A DNA stretch of 64,000 nt from NCBI RefSeq assembly GCF_963921235.1, contig NC_086106.1, positions 23,312,001 to 23,376,000 on the forward strand. The letters are read 5' to 3'. The notes beneath the pieces are model-generated. The model was not told the DNA's origin and did no database searches. It saw nothing but the letters and a program-made list of their open reading frames with translations. Made by a program: the position numbers and the translations under genes. This document shows, piece after piece, positions 40,723 to 53,510 of this stretch. The DNA is from Mobula hypostoma. Taxonomy: Eukaryota. Position 1 is the stretch's first letter. Each line of letters begins with the position of its first letter.

Positions 40723-41163
40723 ATGTGGGCAATACGATTTTGGGCACTAATACTTTTGCCAGCACTACCCGGTTTGTTCAGTTTATAATATTCGTGGGTT
40801 TCCTCTGGGATGTCTTTAAATTGGGAAATGCTCAGAAGTTTCTTATTTTCTTCCAGGCGCAAGTGGTGAAAATTTGGTAATCCAGGATCCGGCAGTAATT
40901 GCGGTTCAGGAAGGTGAAAACGTGCTGCTGAACTGCAGCTACCCTGCAACAGCTGCCAACACGCTGTTCTGGTACATGCAATATTCTGGACAATCTCTAA
41001 GATATTTGTTGAAGAGATACGCAACAGGGAATGGTGGAGAGCGATCGCCTGATTGCCCAGACAGGTTTTCAGCTGCAGTAGACAAAGGAAGTGCGACGGT
41101 TCCTTTCAGAATATCTGCTGCTCGTATCTCTGACTCTGCCGTATTTTTCTGTGCCATGATGCC
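40723..41163 (+). CDS. V4: TCR alpha/delta-type V segment, apparently functional (leader 40723-40771, V exon 40857-41163)
   Basis: Leader MWAIRFWALILLPALPG. The donor is GTTTGT (GTATGT in the other copies). The V exon is open. Confidence 0.9.
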
Positions 41164-41202
41164 CACATTACTGCCGAGCTATAGAACGCCAGTACAAAAA
41201 CC
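41164..41202 (+). other. 23-RSS of V4
   Basis: CACATTA-23-ACAAAAACC. Confidence 0.93.
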
Positions 41203-44200
41203 GTTTGTAAAATTTACAATTTGCAGACTTCAGGGGGCAGCATACAGATAATGTTGGCTCCGGGGCACATTTTGCAGGAAGATACAGACTGAAACAATCA
41301 CCACAGTGGAAATGCATCGTGTGTTTACGTTAAGACATTGCAGCATCTCGAGCTGCTTATCTGATTGTGTAGAAGTCCAGGACCATAGTTTAGTTGATTA
41401 AACTTCGTTTGACTTGAGTGATGAATTTATAGCGATACCAGACATTACAGTGGGTGTTTACATTTTGTCGTCTAATTTTTACACACATGCTACATTCAAA
41501 ATTCGAATAACAGGCTAACAGAATTGTCACGATATTTAGACATAGCTCCCAGTTCCTCTGAGTGGCGAAGTTTCCATAGTCTTGGGAGCTCATTTCGGAA
41601 ATATCGACATTTTTCTCAGTCACTGTTGCATCTCTTGTCTGATGCGTTCGTTTGTCTCCATGCTCTTTTTTTTTCGCTCTCATTTATGTTTCAGAAAAAG
41701 CCGATTCCCGACATTCTTAGACAGCATTAATGGACTCACGGCGCCGTTTAGTTCTGCTGTTTTAAGTTATTGTGTGCACCGATAAATCCTCGCTTATGAA
41801 GTCTGACGAAGAACACTATTGTCTACTATAATAGGATGAAACTATTTGGTCCTCCATTCAAGGAAGGGAGCTCAGAAATAATACTTAAATTGACGATGTT
41901 TCCTCATAAACAACTGTTTAGAAATATGCACTCTAAGGAAACTAAGAGGAACAGTGGTTTCCCAAAATCAAACCAAGGACGTGCCTGTAATATTCTGTAA
42001 TAGGTTGATAAGCGGAGGTGGTACTCGCAAGACCCTCCATGTTCTGCACAGATTTTATTCTGTTTGCACCTGTGTGCACTAATAACAAGATTCACTTTAC
42101 GGTAAAAAGCTGTTGAACAAGTATCTTATTTTGTAATAAATTCAGGTAATCGAGATTTTATGAAACTTTATAACATCAGAGATCCGGTTCATTCGGCCAC
42201 TTTCGCAGCCTGCTCAGTTTTGCTCGGTAATACTGATCTGGCAATGATATAACTGAGAAGTCCAGTAGTTCAGGCAGCATCTATGAAAATGAATAAAGTT
42301 TCGATGCTTCGGACTGAGAAGCTGTATCAGGGCTTGGAAGGAAGCGGAAGGAAACCCAAAATGACATGGTGGGGGACTGGGACAATTACAAGTTGGAAGG
42401 TAAAAGGAGAAGGCAGGAGACGGGATAAGTTGCCTGATAGGGAACGGAATGTGAACTGATAATATGGGAAAGGATAGATGGAACATATATATGGCTGCAG
42501 AAGAAGAAATCTGATCACTGAGAAGAGAGCATCATTGGAAAATGGGAAGGAGGTGTATAAGACGGATGTGGTAGGCAGAAGACGTAAGAAGGGAGACAGA
42601 ATTCGAACTGAAAAACGAGAGAATGAGTGGTAAACAAATATTGGACGTTGCAGAAAATAATATCTATGGCTTCCCGTTTGAAGTTACACGAACGGAATAG
42701 AAGCAATTGGACACATCTCGGTGAATAAAATAAGGGAATATTCCTCCCAACATCGGCCAAAGTAGCAGAGGAGGCTTGTTAGCTTTTAGTTCCCTCTGGT
42801 ATAATGTATCAACGAGGTAACTTCAAATTTGTACACGAATAACTCTAACTGTTTTGAACAGTAAATATCCTTCCGAAGCATGGACAAAACAAACGATTTA
42901 CTTTCCGATATATTAAGAAACTTGAAGCATTATGTCAAAGTGTGTGTGTGCTCTTTTTTTCGCATTCTATTTCACTAAACATACCATTAAACATACCCCT
43001 CCATTTATTCTGATGAAAGGCGATCAGCGACTTCAAAATCTCTTCTTTAGCATTCAACTCGTCCCTTTTTTTCCAATGTTATCGTCCAGGGGTGGCAGTT
43101 CATGCGCTCTAGTTTCTGCGTTTTGAGGTTCATCGTGATATCAATCATAGAAAAAAAAACACGTCGACCAGAAGCTAGAGCACTTGTGGAACTGTGCCTG
43201 CCTCGCTGATGTCAGAAGTTAGCCATTGTTTAAGTTATTATCGATATCCTGAATGTCGAATATAAAGTTACTATCCTCCAATGAAGTATACTCTGTACAT
43301 CGCCTCTCACTTAACCTCGCCCTCCCGAGATCTGCCTCTGCACAATCTGTCAGTAAATTATTCGCAGGTGCCCTGCACTGTTTGCGTCAAGCACTGGTCC
43401 CTGTGCACTGTGTGGTTGTGCGGCTTCTCAGTAACGACTTTACACCCGCGCACATCACTTTCTTGCCAAAGAACTGACATTTTATTTCATATAACATCAA
43501 CATATTTCAAGTTGTGCCAATTGAAATTAGAAATCTATGCTAACATAATTTAGAAACATAGCGGATTGATTGTGTAGTGAATATAAAGCATAACTACTTG
43601 AAATAATAAAATTTTCAGATATTTTATAGATTCAGTATTTTTAAATTGTCAATGTTTCAAGTTAAAACATTGTTGCAAATTTTAAGAACAATCGAAGAGT
43701 GGAAATGGATAGCTGATTGATAATAAATCGCCAGACCGCTGAACACACATGCTGTCCAGTTAACTATATTCGTTTTGTCATTGAGCCGATCAGTGTTTGA
43801 TCTCATTTACTTGTTTTATGATATGTTGATTGTGTTTGTTCGATATGAAGAATAGCCATATTCTGACTGTTTTGGGTATTTCTATTTTTAAAAAAATGAA
43901 ATTATAATTGTATTTTTTCTTTAAAAAACTTTCATCTGGTGATTATATATTTTTTTTTCTCTTCTCAAATGATGACGTGTGTATTTTTTTTTCGTATTCA
44001 GGATGTCCATATAAAAAGCATGTCCAAATTAAACTCCAAATGACTGAGAAGCAAGAGAAAAGCTCGTTGCCTGAATAAAGTATTTGTCTCTGAAAATGTA
44101 AAATTGGAAAACAATTGCAATACTTTCACTATATAAGTTATTCCTTCTGTGCATGCTGTATAACGAAAGTGGCCAAATGTGTAATTATACCAGAGAGTTG

Positions 44201-47200
44201 GTGTGGTGAGAACTGTGATTTGGAATTTTCTGAGTACATCAGCACTGAGCTTCAGACACAAAAAGAAAAATGAAGAAGTTAGTGCAATCTACTTTCCATG
44301 CACAAATTGTAAATGACGTAAAAATAAATTTGTACAGAGAAAGTGTACATTGGACTTTAAAATTCGACTGGAAATGAGCAGAACAATGAATCACTTTATG
44401 TGAGATCTTTGAAGCAATCCGCACTTGACATCATGACAGTAGTTAAAGCAGAAAAAAAAAATAAATGCCAACAATTAGCTTGATATTTTAGAAAAAAGTA
44501 TTATATTTACGTAAGATAGAGCAAATGTAATACTTGGACTGAAATTAAAAAAAAATGACGGTGCTGCAGTCCTTTGCCTAGAAATAAAGCATCTGTCTGC
44601 TCAATATTAGGTTGTCCACAGATAAGGCAGTGCAGGGAGAAAAAAAAACAACAACAACAACAACATTTATACAGTATATCGAAACATTGTAAAGAAAAGT
44701 ACATGCAATGTTCAGTTCGTAGTCCGTAAAAGATAGAAAAGCGAGAATACTTAACTCATGCAACATTATGTAATGTGATCTTAGTTCAAATACGAAACAA
44801 AGTAATATGGCTGTCAGAACATTTTCTGGTTACTGCATTAATAAGGAATTACGAAGTTCAAGCAGTGTTACAAAGCGCAGGTTAAACAATGTAACGATAC
44901 ATTTACCAGGTATTCTCTGAAGGCTCTGACCGAAGCACAATATCGAGTTGCTTCAAATCACCTTCACGATTTTTTACAAAACGAGGTTTTCAGTTTAAGA
45001 ATGCACACGGATATTCTGGAAACGAGAGGCTGAATTCTTGCCAATGAGTTACATAGTACACAACGATAAGGGTCATAAATTATAGATTAATTCAGTTCAG
45101 AATGTAAGCTTGTGTTGCAGGCTAATTTTTCGCAGACTGAGCGGTGAGGTGATTCCAATCAAACGGATCTCTCAGCAGTTGCATGCACAAACTTCCGTCT
45201 CGTGAAGATTTTTCTCCGTTTCCAGACCTCTGTATTACCGTCTGCTAACCATCTGCAGCAAACGTCTTATAGTACTTAGCACTCACTACGTGAAGCAGGG
45301 CCCCGTCATCGTCCTTCGGAATACTCTCAGTGCATCTCCTTGTATCTAAGTGATATTAGGAATTTTCTCCTGTGGTCTGCTCTATCTATGCCAGTCATTT
45401 TATGTACCACAACGACGTCCCTTGCTATTCACTGCAGCTCATTGGGGAACAAATCTAGGGTCACCAGACTCTCGTCATAACGAAGCTCCTTGATCCCATG
45501 CAAAGAAGTTGCATCTACTTTGTCCCTCCCTGTCGCTTTGTACAAGAACTGGACGCAGACCTTAGAGGATGTCATATATATTTTTTAAAAAATCGATTAC
45601 TATTTCGAATTCGATTTCCTTTTTTTGCTTCAATGGTCACAGGAGTTGAACCATGTGATTCGCAAACATAATGTTGTTAATAATGGAATTGAACCTCACA
45701 TATTTCGCTCCACTGTGTGAAGATTGACTCCCTAAACGATCAATATAATTACCCTAGGCAGTTTGATTTAAACACCAATTGTATTATTTTCTGTTGTTGC
45801 AAGGTGAACGAGTGAAGAGGATCAACATCTTCGAGGTAGTGTGTATTTGAGAGCAAGGGAATGCAGATCCGATGCTCAACTTCAAATTCTCAACATGGGA
45901 ATAGCTTTTTACACAGTTAAGAACTTTTATCTCGATGTTCGTCAATGTCTTTCGTCAAAGAAATTGAAAAATATTTTTCTCCGCACTTTATCTTGGTTTT
46001 ACACTTCCTCCAGCTTTTAAAGTTTCCATAGATGCCAGTCTTTATTATTTGCTTGGCAGCTCCGCTAAGAAAGTGGGATTTTACTTTCACTAGCATACAT
46101 AATGGAGACTTTAGGACATTTAATAGAACGTTATATTTCAGCCATATGTTTCAATATATGCGACCACAGCGCGCGCTGCCACTTCGGTGGTAATGTCTGT
46201 TATCTGTCAAGTTGGGGATCGTCCACAATTCTGATTTGTTGGAGACCGACGTGAGAGTACGGAGGAACATCTGAAAAACTTCTGAAATGTCTGCTTCTTT
46301 GCTGCGGCTACTGTGTGGTAACGGTAATCTCCGGAAAAGAAGGCCCCGAGATCCTCGGCTTTGCTTACTTTAGCGGCCGGGGCGAGGTCGAAGGCGTTTG
46401 GCAGAGGATGGCGCTCGGAACGCTGTATCGGAGAGGCTGGTCGGAAGCACGAATTTTTCGGACGGAGAGACTCAGTGCCGGCTGTGGTCGGCTGCCTCCA
46501 AGGCATCGGCAAGTTGACGGTGCCTGGAGTTTTATGGCAAGGAGTTTCTCCCTTTGGCTGCCTGCTATCGGGGACTCGGGATTGATCGACTCGGGGACTT
46601 CTCAGACTTTATTTACCGTGCCCATTGTTTGTTCTTCATCAAATCATGGTATTGCTTTGCATTGGTGTAACTTATGTTATACTTAAGTGGTTCTGTCTCT
46701 GTTATTCTTTGGTTTGACCTGATTTCTGTGATATCACTCCGGGAAAACATTGTATCATTTCTTAATGCATGTATGCATTTCTAAATGACAGTAAAAGAAG
46801 ACTGAGTGTTCTCATAATCTCAGATACCTGCCAGTCATGCCGACCCACGGGAATATGCTAACATTTCAAAGTGTTCCAAGTTCTAGTTTCCATTTTTTTC
46901 CGCAAAAGTGAAATGTCGTCCTGACTTCTAACGGGAGATCCACGACATCCTCTTTGACATCAAAGAGCTTTAGTTCGGGGAATTTCTTAATAGTCTGCAG
47001 CCAGTTCTCGACAAAGTCCTTTAAAATACGATTCTTCTGTGATTTGCTTCAAAAATAGTTGACAAATTTTATGTCTGCTGTCTGGACTTCTTTGAGGGCT
47101 GTTCGAATAAGCCTGGTTGCCATTGGAAATCTGCTTAAGTAATAAGAATTCAAACCAACGTTTAGAGCTTCGATATTCAGTGAAGTAGCTGAACCAGGTG

Positions 47201-48069
47201 CAAGGCCTGGTGTCACATCTGCTGCATCTGTCCAAACGGAACGCAGTCGTTGCTTCCAGTCAAATTCCTTTTTGGCTAAACACGTTCATAAAACGTCGAC
47301 GTGTTTTGCCATTTTCTGGAATGGATGCAGAACATAGGAATTGATAACGAGCAGCATCATCCTGCGTACAAAGATTAAAACAGAAAACTGAAAGGGGTCA
47401 CCGGTTGCTTAGCTCTACTCAGGTCTACCACCAGCTCCTCAGTCGTTTTTTCATATTAAACTGCATATAATTCTGCTCACACCATGTGACAACGTTTCCT
47501 ACCCTAGCCCTGTACTCGGCCTCATTACCATCTCCGCGGAAGGTACACATCGAGAGAATATAGCTGGATTTAACAATACTACATGTGTGTTTCCTGTCAA
47601 CGATACTGCGTTTTCCAGGAAGCTATGTGGACATGTTTGTCCCATAGAGCAATTCTGTACTGCATTTCGGTATAAATTTATGAAAATCGGTAAAATCTGT
47701 GTCAAGGAAAACAGAGTCAACTTTAAGACGATAACCCGGACTCATTTTTAACAGATGCCACTTAACCTGGAAACATTTTCCGTGACATTGCTTCTCTCAT
47801 TACAGACAGAAATGTCGTGGAATGTCCATAAAATAGGAAAAGAAGATAAAACAATGTTGATCTTCATAGACCAATTACCGGTCAACGTGCCGCCAAAACA
47901 ACCAAGCACTTTGTTTCTCTCTCTGTCTGTCTGTCTCTCTCTTTTTCTCTCAGAACTAATCATGAGTATCTGATGGAAGGTATACTTCGATCGCATAACA
48001 GTTAACCAGTCAGAACAGCAACATCAACACATTCCACCGTTGCTTGTCGTAATCGACACAGCAGACAAC

Positions 48070-48509
48070 ATGTGGGCAATCCGATTTTGGCACTAATACT
48101 TATGCCAGCACTACCCGGTATGTTCAGTTTATAATATTAGTGCGTTTCCTCTGGGATGTCTTTAAATTGGGAAATGCTCATAAGTTTCTTATTTTCTTCC
48201 AGGCGCGAGTGGTGAATATTTGGTAATCCAGGATCCGGCAGTAATTGCGGTTCAGGAAGGTGAAAACGTGCTGCTGAACTCCAGCTACCCTGCAACAGCT
48301 GCCAGCACGCTGTTCTGGTACATGCAATATTCTGGACAATCTCTGAGATATTTATTGAAGAGATACGCAACAGGGAATGGCGGAGAGCGATCGCCTGATT
48401 GCCCAGACAGGTTTTCGGCCGCAGCAGACAAAGGAAGTGCGACGGTTCCTTTCAGAATATCTGCTGCTCGTATCTCTGACTCTGCCTTATTTTTCTGTGC
48501 CATGATGCC
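48070..48509 (+). pseudogene. V5: TCR alpha/delta-type V pseudogene
   Basis: A 1-nt deletion in the leader exon gives ATG TGG GCA ATC CGA TTT TGG CAC TAA. Cys23 is changed to Ser (TGC to TCC; LLNSSYP). Splice sites and RSS are intact. Confidence 0.9.
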
Positions 48510-48548
48510 CACATTACTGCCGAGCTATAGAACGCCACTACAAAAACC
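48510..48548 (+). other. 23-RSS of V5
   Basis: CACATTA-23-ACAAAAACC. Confidence 0.92.
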
Positions 48549-49549
48549 GCTTGTAAAATTTACAATTTGCAGACTACAGGGGACAGCATACAGATAATGT
48601 TGGCTCCGCGGCAAATTTTGCAGGATGATACAGAATGAAACAATCACCTCAGTGGAAATGCAACGTGTGTTTACATTGAGACATTGCTGCATCTCGAGCT
48701 GCGTATCTGATTGTGGAGAATTCCTAGACAAAAATTTAATTCATTAAACTTCGTTTGACTTGAGTGATGAATTTATAGCGATACCAAACACTGCAGTGGG
48801 TGTTTACATTTTGTCTTCTACTTTTTACGCACATGCTGCATTCACAATTCGAATAACAGGCTAACAGAATATGTAACCAAAGCTCGCAGTTCCTCTGAGC
48901 GGCGAAGTTTCCATAGTCTTGGGAGCTCATTTCGAAAATATCGACATTTCTCTCAGTCACTGTTGCATCTCTTGTCTGATGCGTAGGTTTGCCTCCATGC
49001 GTTTTTTTTTTTGTTCTTATGAATGGTTCACAAAAAGTCGATTATTTTAGCGGCCGGGGCAAGGTGGAAGGCACTTGGCAAAGGATGGCCAAATAAAGAT
49101 TCAAACCGACGTTTGGAGTTTCCATGCTCACTGAAGTAGCTAAACCAGATGCAAGGCCAGGTGTCACAACAGCTGCATCTGTCTAAAGGGTACGCAGTTA
49201 TTGCTTCCAGTCAAATTCCTTTTTGGCTAAACACGTTCATAAAAAGTCGACGTGTTTTACCATTTTCTGGAATGGATGCAGAAAATAGGAATTGATCTGG
49301 AGCAGCATCATCCTGCGTACAAAGATTAAAACAGAAATCTGAAAGCACTGCAATGCCTGTAGGTACATGGTGATTGGGTATTGCGAGGCTGCCAATGTCT
49401 CAATGTCGTGCTGTAAAACCAGAAAAGAGATGTCAAATATTCAAAAAGTATCATATTATTTGTAGAAGGGACAGTTTACAGTTTTCCTTTGCCCTCAATT
49501 CTAGTCCACTTAGAGCTTAGCCACTTGCAGTACACATGGATATACTTTA

Positions 49550-50551
49550 CCAGTTGTTTACAATATATATTAATGACTTGGATGAGGAATTGAATGCAGC
49601 ATCTCCAAGTTTGCCGATGACACGAAGCTGGGTGGCAGTGTTAGGTGTGACGAGGATGCCAAGAGGAAGCAGAGTGACTTGGATAGGTTGGGTGCGTGGG
49701 CAAATTCGTGGCAGATGCAATTTAATGTGGATAAATGTGAAGTTATCCACTTTGGTGGGTGGCAAAAATAGGAAAACAGATTATTACCTGAGTGGTGGCC
49801 GATTAGGAAAAGGGGAGGTGCAACGAGACCTGGGTGTTATTATACACCAGTCATTGAAAGTGGGCATGCAGGTACAGCAGGCGGTGAAAAAGGCGAAAGG
49901 TATGCTGGCATTTATAGCGAGAGGATTCGAGTACAGGAGCAGGGAGGTACTACTGCAGTTGTACAAGACCTTGGTGAGACCAGACCTGGAGTATTGGGTG
50001 CAGTTTTGGTCCCCTAATCTGAGGAAAGACATCCTTGCCATAGAGGGAGTACAACGAAGGTTCACCAGATTGATCCTGGGATGGCAGGACTTCCATATGA
50101 AGAAAGACTGGATGAACTGGGCTTGTACTCGTTGGAATTTAGAAGATTGAGGGGGGATCTGATTGAAACGCATACAATCCTAAAGGGAGTGGACAGGCTA
50201 GATGCAGGAAGATTGTTCCCGATTTTGGGGAAGTCCAGAACGAGGGGTCACAGTTTGAGGATAAAGGGGACGCCTTTTACGACCGAGATTAGGAAAAATT
50301 TCTTCACGCAGAGAGTGGTGAATCTGTGGAATTCTCTGCCACAGGAAACAGTTGAGGCCAGTTCATTGGCTATATTAAAGAGGGAGTTAGATATGGCCCT
50401 TGCGGCTACGCGGATCAGGAGGTATGGAGGGTAGGCTGCGGCAGGATTCTGAGTTGGATGATCAGCCATGATCATAATCAATGGCGGTGCAGGGTCGAAG
50501 GGCCGAATGGCCTTCTGCTGCACCTATTTTCTATGTTTTTATGTTTCTATG
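49550..50551 (+). mobile_element. 5'-truncated CR1 LINE (~1 kb) with probable TTTA target-site duplication
   Basis: RT C-terminal ORF pieces (LYKTLVRPDLEYWVQFWSPNL; LYSLEFRRLRGDL) and a (TTTCTATG)n tail. The empty site GATTTACTTTAATCTC is present in unit 1 at ~7740. Confidence 0.92.
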
Positions 50552-51267
50552 TTTAATCTCTTCCATGGTGTGAAGCTTATTTTGTTTGGCATTCTGACAT
50601 ACAGGTTTATGTGATTGTTTCATGAAAGGGCTTTCGTTGAATGGTAAATTTAAACATTCAAAGTCACATGTTTTTTCCAATTTGACTTTCTACGAAGACA
50701 AAAATGAAGGCAGATCAGACGCATTTTTGTGTGGAATACCATGAGGTGCGCCTTAGCGTCTGCTATCACGTCACCAACATTGATGAAATATGTGATTATT
50801 AATAACGAGTTTTCGACATAACTCTTTTCCTTTGACATTTCAATTTCAAATATTCTGTTCAATTATTTTTTTATTTTTTTGCAGCTCAATATCATTGCAT
50901 TTCGCAAGTAATTTATTTAGTAAATCATCAAACGGAAAAAAATCTATATGCTAACTAAATGACGTTTAAGATACTTTCCAAAAGTTGCCCAGCAAGAAAG
51001 TAAAATATGGCAGGTTTTGCAATTTATCCAAATTTTAAAGCTTTTCCTGGCTTTTCGATACTCAGATAGAGAAAAGGGGTAGAACAGTATCATACGCATT
51101 GTATTCTTCTTGGAATTCTGCCAATTCTTGCGCATGGCGTCGCATGGTACAATAAAAATCCGCGCAGATTGGAGGAAAAACAACTTATATTTCTCCTGGG
51201 TAATTTGCAAGCTAATGGAATGATCATATGCTTCTTGAACATACGTTTATGCTCCGCCCTCCCCCGG

Positions 51268-51515
51268 TTCAACATTCCCCATCCCCTTTTCCACCTCTCA
51301 CATTATTTCCTTGCACGCTCTATTCTCCAACTGGTGCTCCTCCACCCTTTTCTTTCATCCATGGCCCTCTGTACTTTTATATAAGACTCCCCCATCTCCA
51401 GCCCTGAATTTCGTTCACAAAAAAAAAATGTCCAGCCCTTTACCTGATCCCCCCCACTTCAGATTTAAGCTATCACATTTTATTTTTCTCTCCCCTCCCC
51501 CTATCTTTAAAATCT
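51268..51515 (+). mobile_element. Diverged Penelope-like 3' UTR fragment, opposite orientation to the adjacent PLE
   Basis: A pyrimidine-rich tract (CATTCCCCATCCCCTTTTCC..CTGGTGCTCCTCC..CTTTTCTTTC..CCATGGCC) resembles PLE 3' UTRs. It is absent from the homologous unit-1 site at ~8460. Confidence 0.5.
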
Positions 51516-51519
51516 AATT

Positions 51520-53510
51520 GCAACACACATCAACGTTGCTGGTGAACGCAGCAGGCTAGACAGGTTGTGTAGGAAGAGGTACAGTCGACGTTTCAGGCCG
51601 AGACCCTTCGTCAGGACTAAATGGAGAAGAGTTAGTAAGAGATATGAAAGTGGGAGGTGGAGGGGAGGATGGAAAATGATAGGAGAAGACACCTGGGGGA
51701 GGAATAGAGCCAAGATCTGGACAGGTGATAGGCAAAGGGGATATCAGAGGATCATGGGACAGGAGGCCTAGGGAGAAAGACAAGGTCGGGGGGCCAGAGA
51801 ATTGGTAAATGGTATAGTCAGAGGGACAGAGGGAGAGTGAGAGAAAGAATGTGTGTGTAAAAGTAAATGACGGATGTGGTGCGAGGAGGAGGTGGGGCAT
51901 TAGCGGAAGTTAGAGAAGTCAATGTTCATGGCATCAAGTTGGATGCTACCCAGACGGAATTTAAGGTGTTGTTCCTCCAATTTGAGTGTGGCTTCATTTT
52001 TACAGTAGAGGAGGCCGTGGATAGACATGTCAGGATTGGAATGGGATGTGGAATTAATATGTGTGGCCACTGGGAGATCCTGCTTTCTCTGGCGGACAGA
52101 GCGCAGGTGTTCAGCAAAGCGGTCTCCCAGTCTGAGTCGCGTCTCACCAATGTACAGAAGGGCACATCGGGAGTACCAGATGCAGTTCATCACCCCAGCC
52201 GACTCACAGGTGAAGTGTCGCCTCAGCTGGAAGGACTGTCTGGGGCCCTGAATGGTGGTAAGGCAGGAAGTGTAAGGGCATATGCAGCATTTGTTCCGCT
52301 TGCAAGGATGAGTGCCAGGAGGGAGATCAGTGGGGAAGAGTGGGGGTGGGGACGAATGGACAAGGGAGTCGCGTAGGGAGAGATATTTGCGCAAAACAGA
52401 GCGGGGGGGGCGAGGGAAAGATGTGTTTAGTGGTGAAATCCCGTTTGAGGTGGCGGAAGTTACGGAGAATAATATGTTGGAACCGGTGGCTGGTTGGGTG
52501 GTAGGTGAGAACCAGGGGCACCCTATTCCCAGTGGTGTGGCGGGAGGATGGAGTGAGAGCAGATGTGCGTGAAATGGGGTAGATCCGTTTGAGAGCAGAG
52601 TTGATGGTGGAGGAAGGGAAGCCCGTTTCTTTAAAAAAGGACGCCATCTCCCTCGTCCTGGAATGAAAAGCCTCATCCTGAGAGCAGATGCGGCGGAGAC
52701 GGAGGAATTGCGAGAAGGGGATGGCATTTTTGCAAGAGAAACAGTGAGAAGAGGAATAGTCCAGACAGCAGTGAGAGACAGTCGGCTTACAGTCGAATTC
52801 AGTGGATTAGCTATCTCCAGAGATAGAGACAGAAAGATCTAGAAACGGGAGAGAGGTGTCGGAAATGGACCATGTAAACTAGGGGGCAGAGTGAAAGTTG
52901 GATGCAAAGTTTATAAAGTCAACGAGATCAGTACGCATGCATGAAGCAGCGCCAAAGCAGTTGTCGATGTGGCGAAGGAAAAGTGGGGGGCAGATACCAG
53001 AATAGGTACGGAACACAGATTGTTCCTCAAAGCCGACAAAAAGGCAGGCATAGCTAGGACCCATACGGGTGCCCATAGCTACAACTTTAGTTTGGACGAA
53101 GTGGGAGGAGCCAAAGGAGAAATTATTAGGAGTAAGGACTAATTCCGCTAGACGGAGCAGAGTGGTGGTAGAGGGAAACTGACTAGATCTGGAATCCCAA
53201 AAGAAGCGGAGAGCTTTGAGACCTTCCTGATGGGGGATGGAAGTATATAGGGACTGGACATCCATGGTGAAAATAAAGCAGTGGGAGCCAGGGAACTTAA
53301 AATTATCGAAAAGTTTAAGAGTGTGAGAAGTGTCACGAGCATAGGTAGGGAGGGATGGAACAAGGGGGGATAAAATCTTGTCGAGGTATGCAGAAACGAG
53401 TTCGGAGGGGCAGGAGGAAGCTGAGACAAGAGGTCTGCCAGGACAGGCAGGTTTGTGGATCGTGGGTAGGAGGTATAAACGGGAAGTGCGAGGTGTGGGA
53501 GCTATAAGGT
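51520..53510 (-). mobile_element. 5'-truncated, decayed Penelope-like element (RT + GIY-YIG endonuclease)
   Basis: ORF 52879-53556 has LYLLPTIHKPACPGRPLVS..MDVQSLYTSIP..AMGTRMGPSYACLF..RHIDN (PLE RT with mutated YxDD). ORF 51900-52727 has LLYIGETRLRLGDRFAEH..LEEQHL (GIY-YIG). It ends in a terminal repeat with a hammerhead. Confidence 0.93.
51583..51618 (-). ncRNA. Minimal type-I hammerhead ribozyme motif in the PLE terminus
   Basis: The minus strand reads AGTC-CTGACGA-AGG GTCTCGG CCT-GAAA-CG-TC-GACT, with a 4-bp stem I and an intact catalytic core. Confidence 0.75.
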
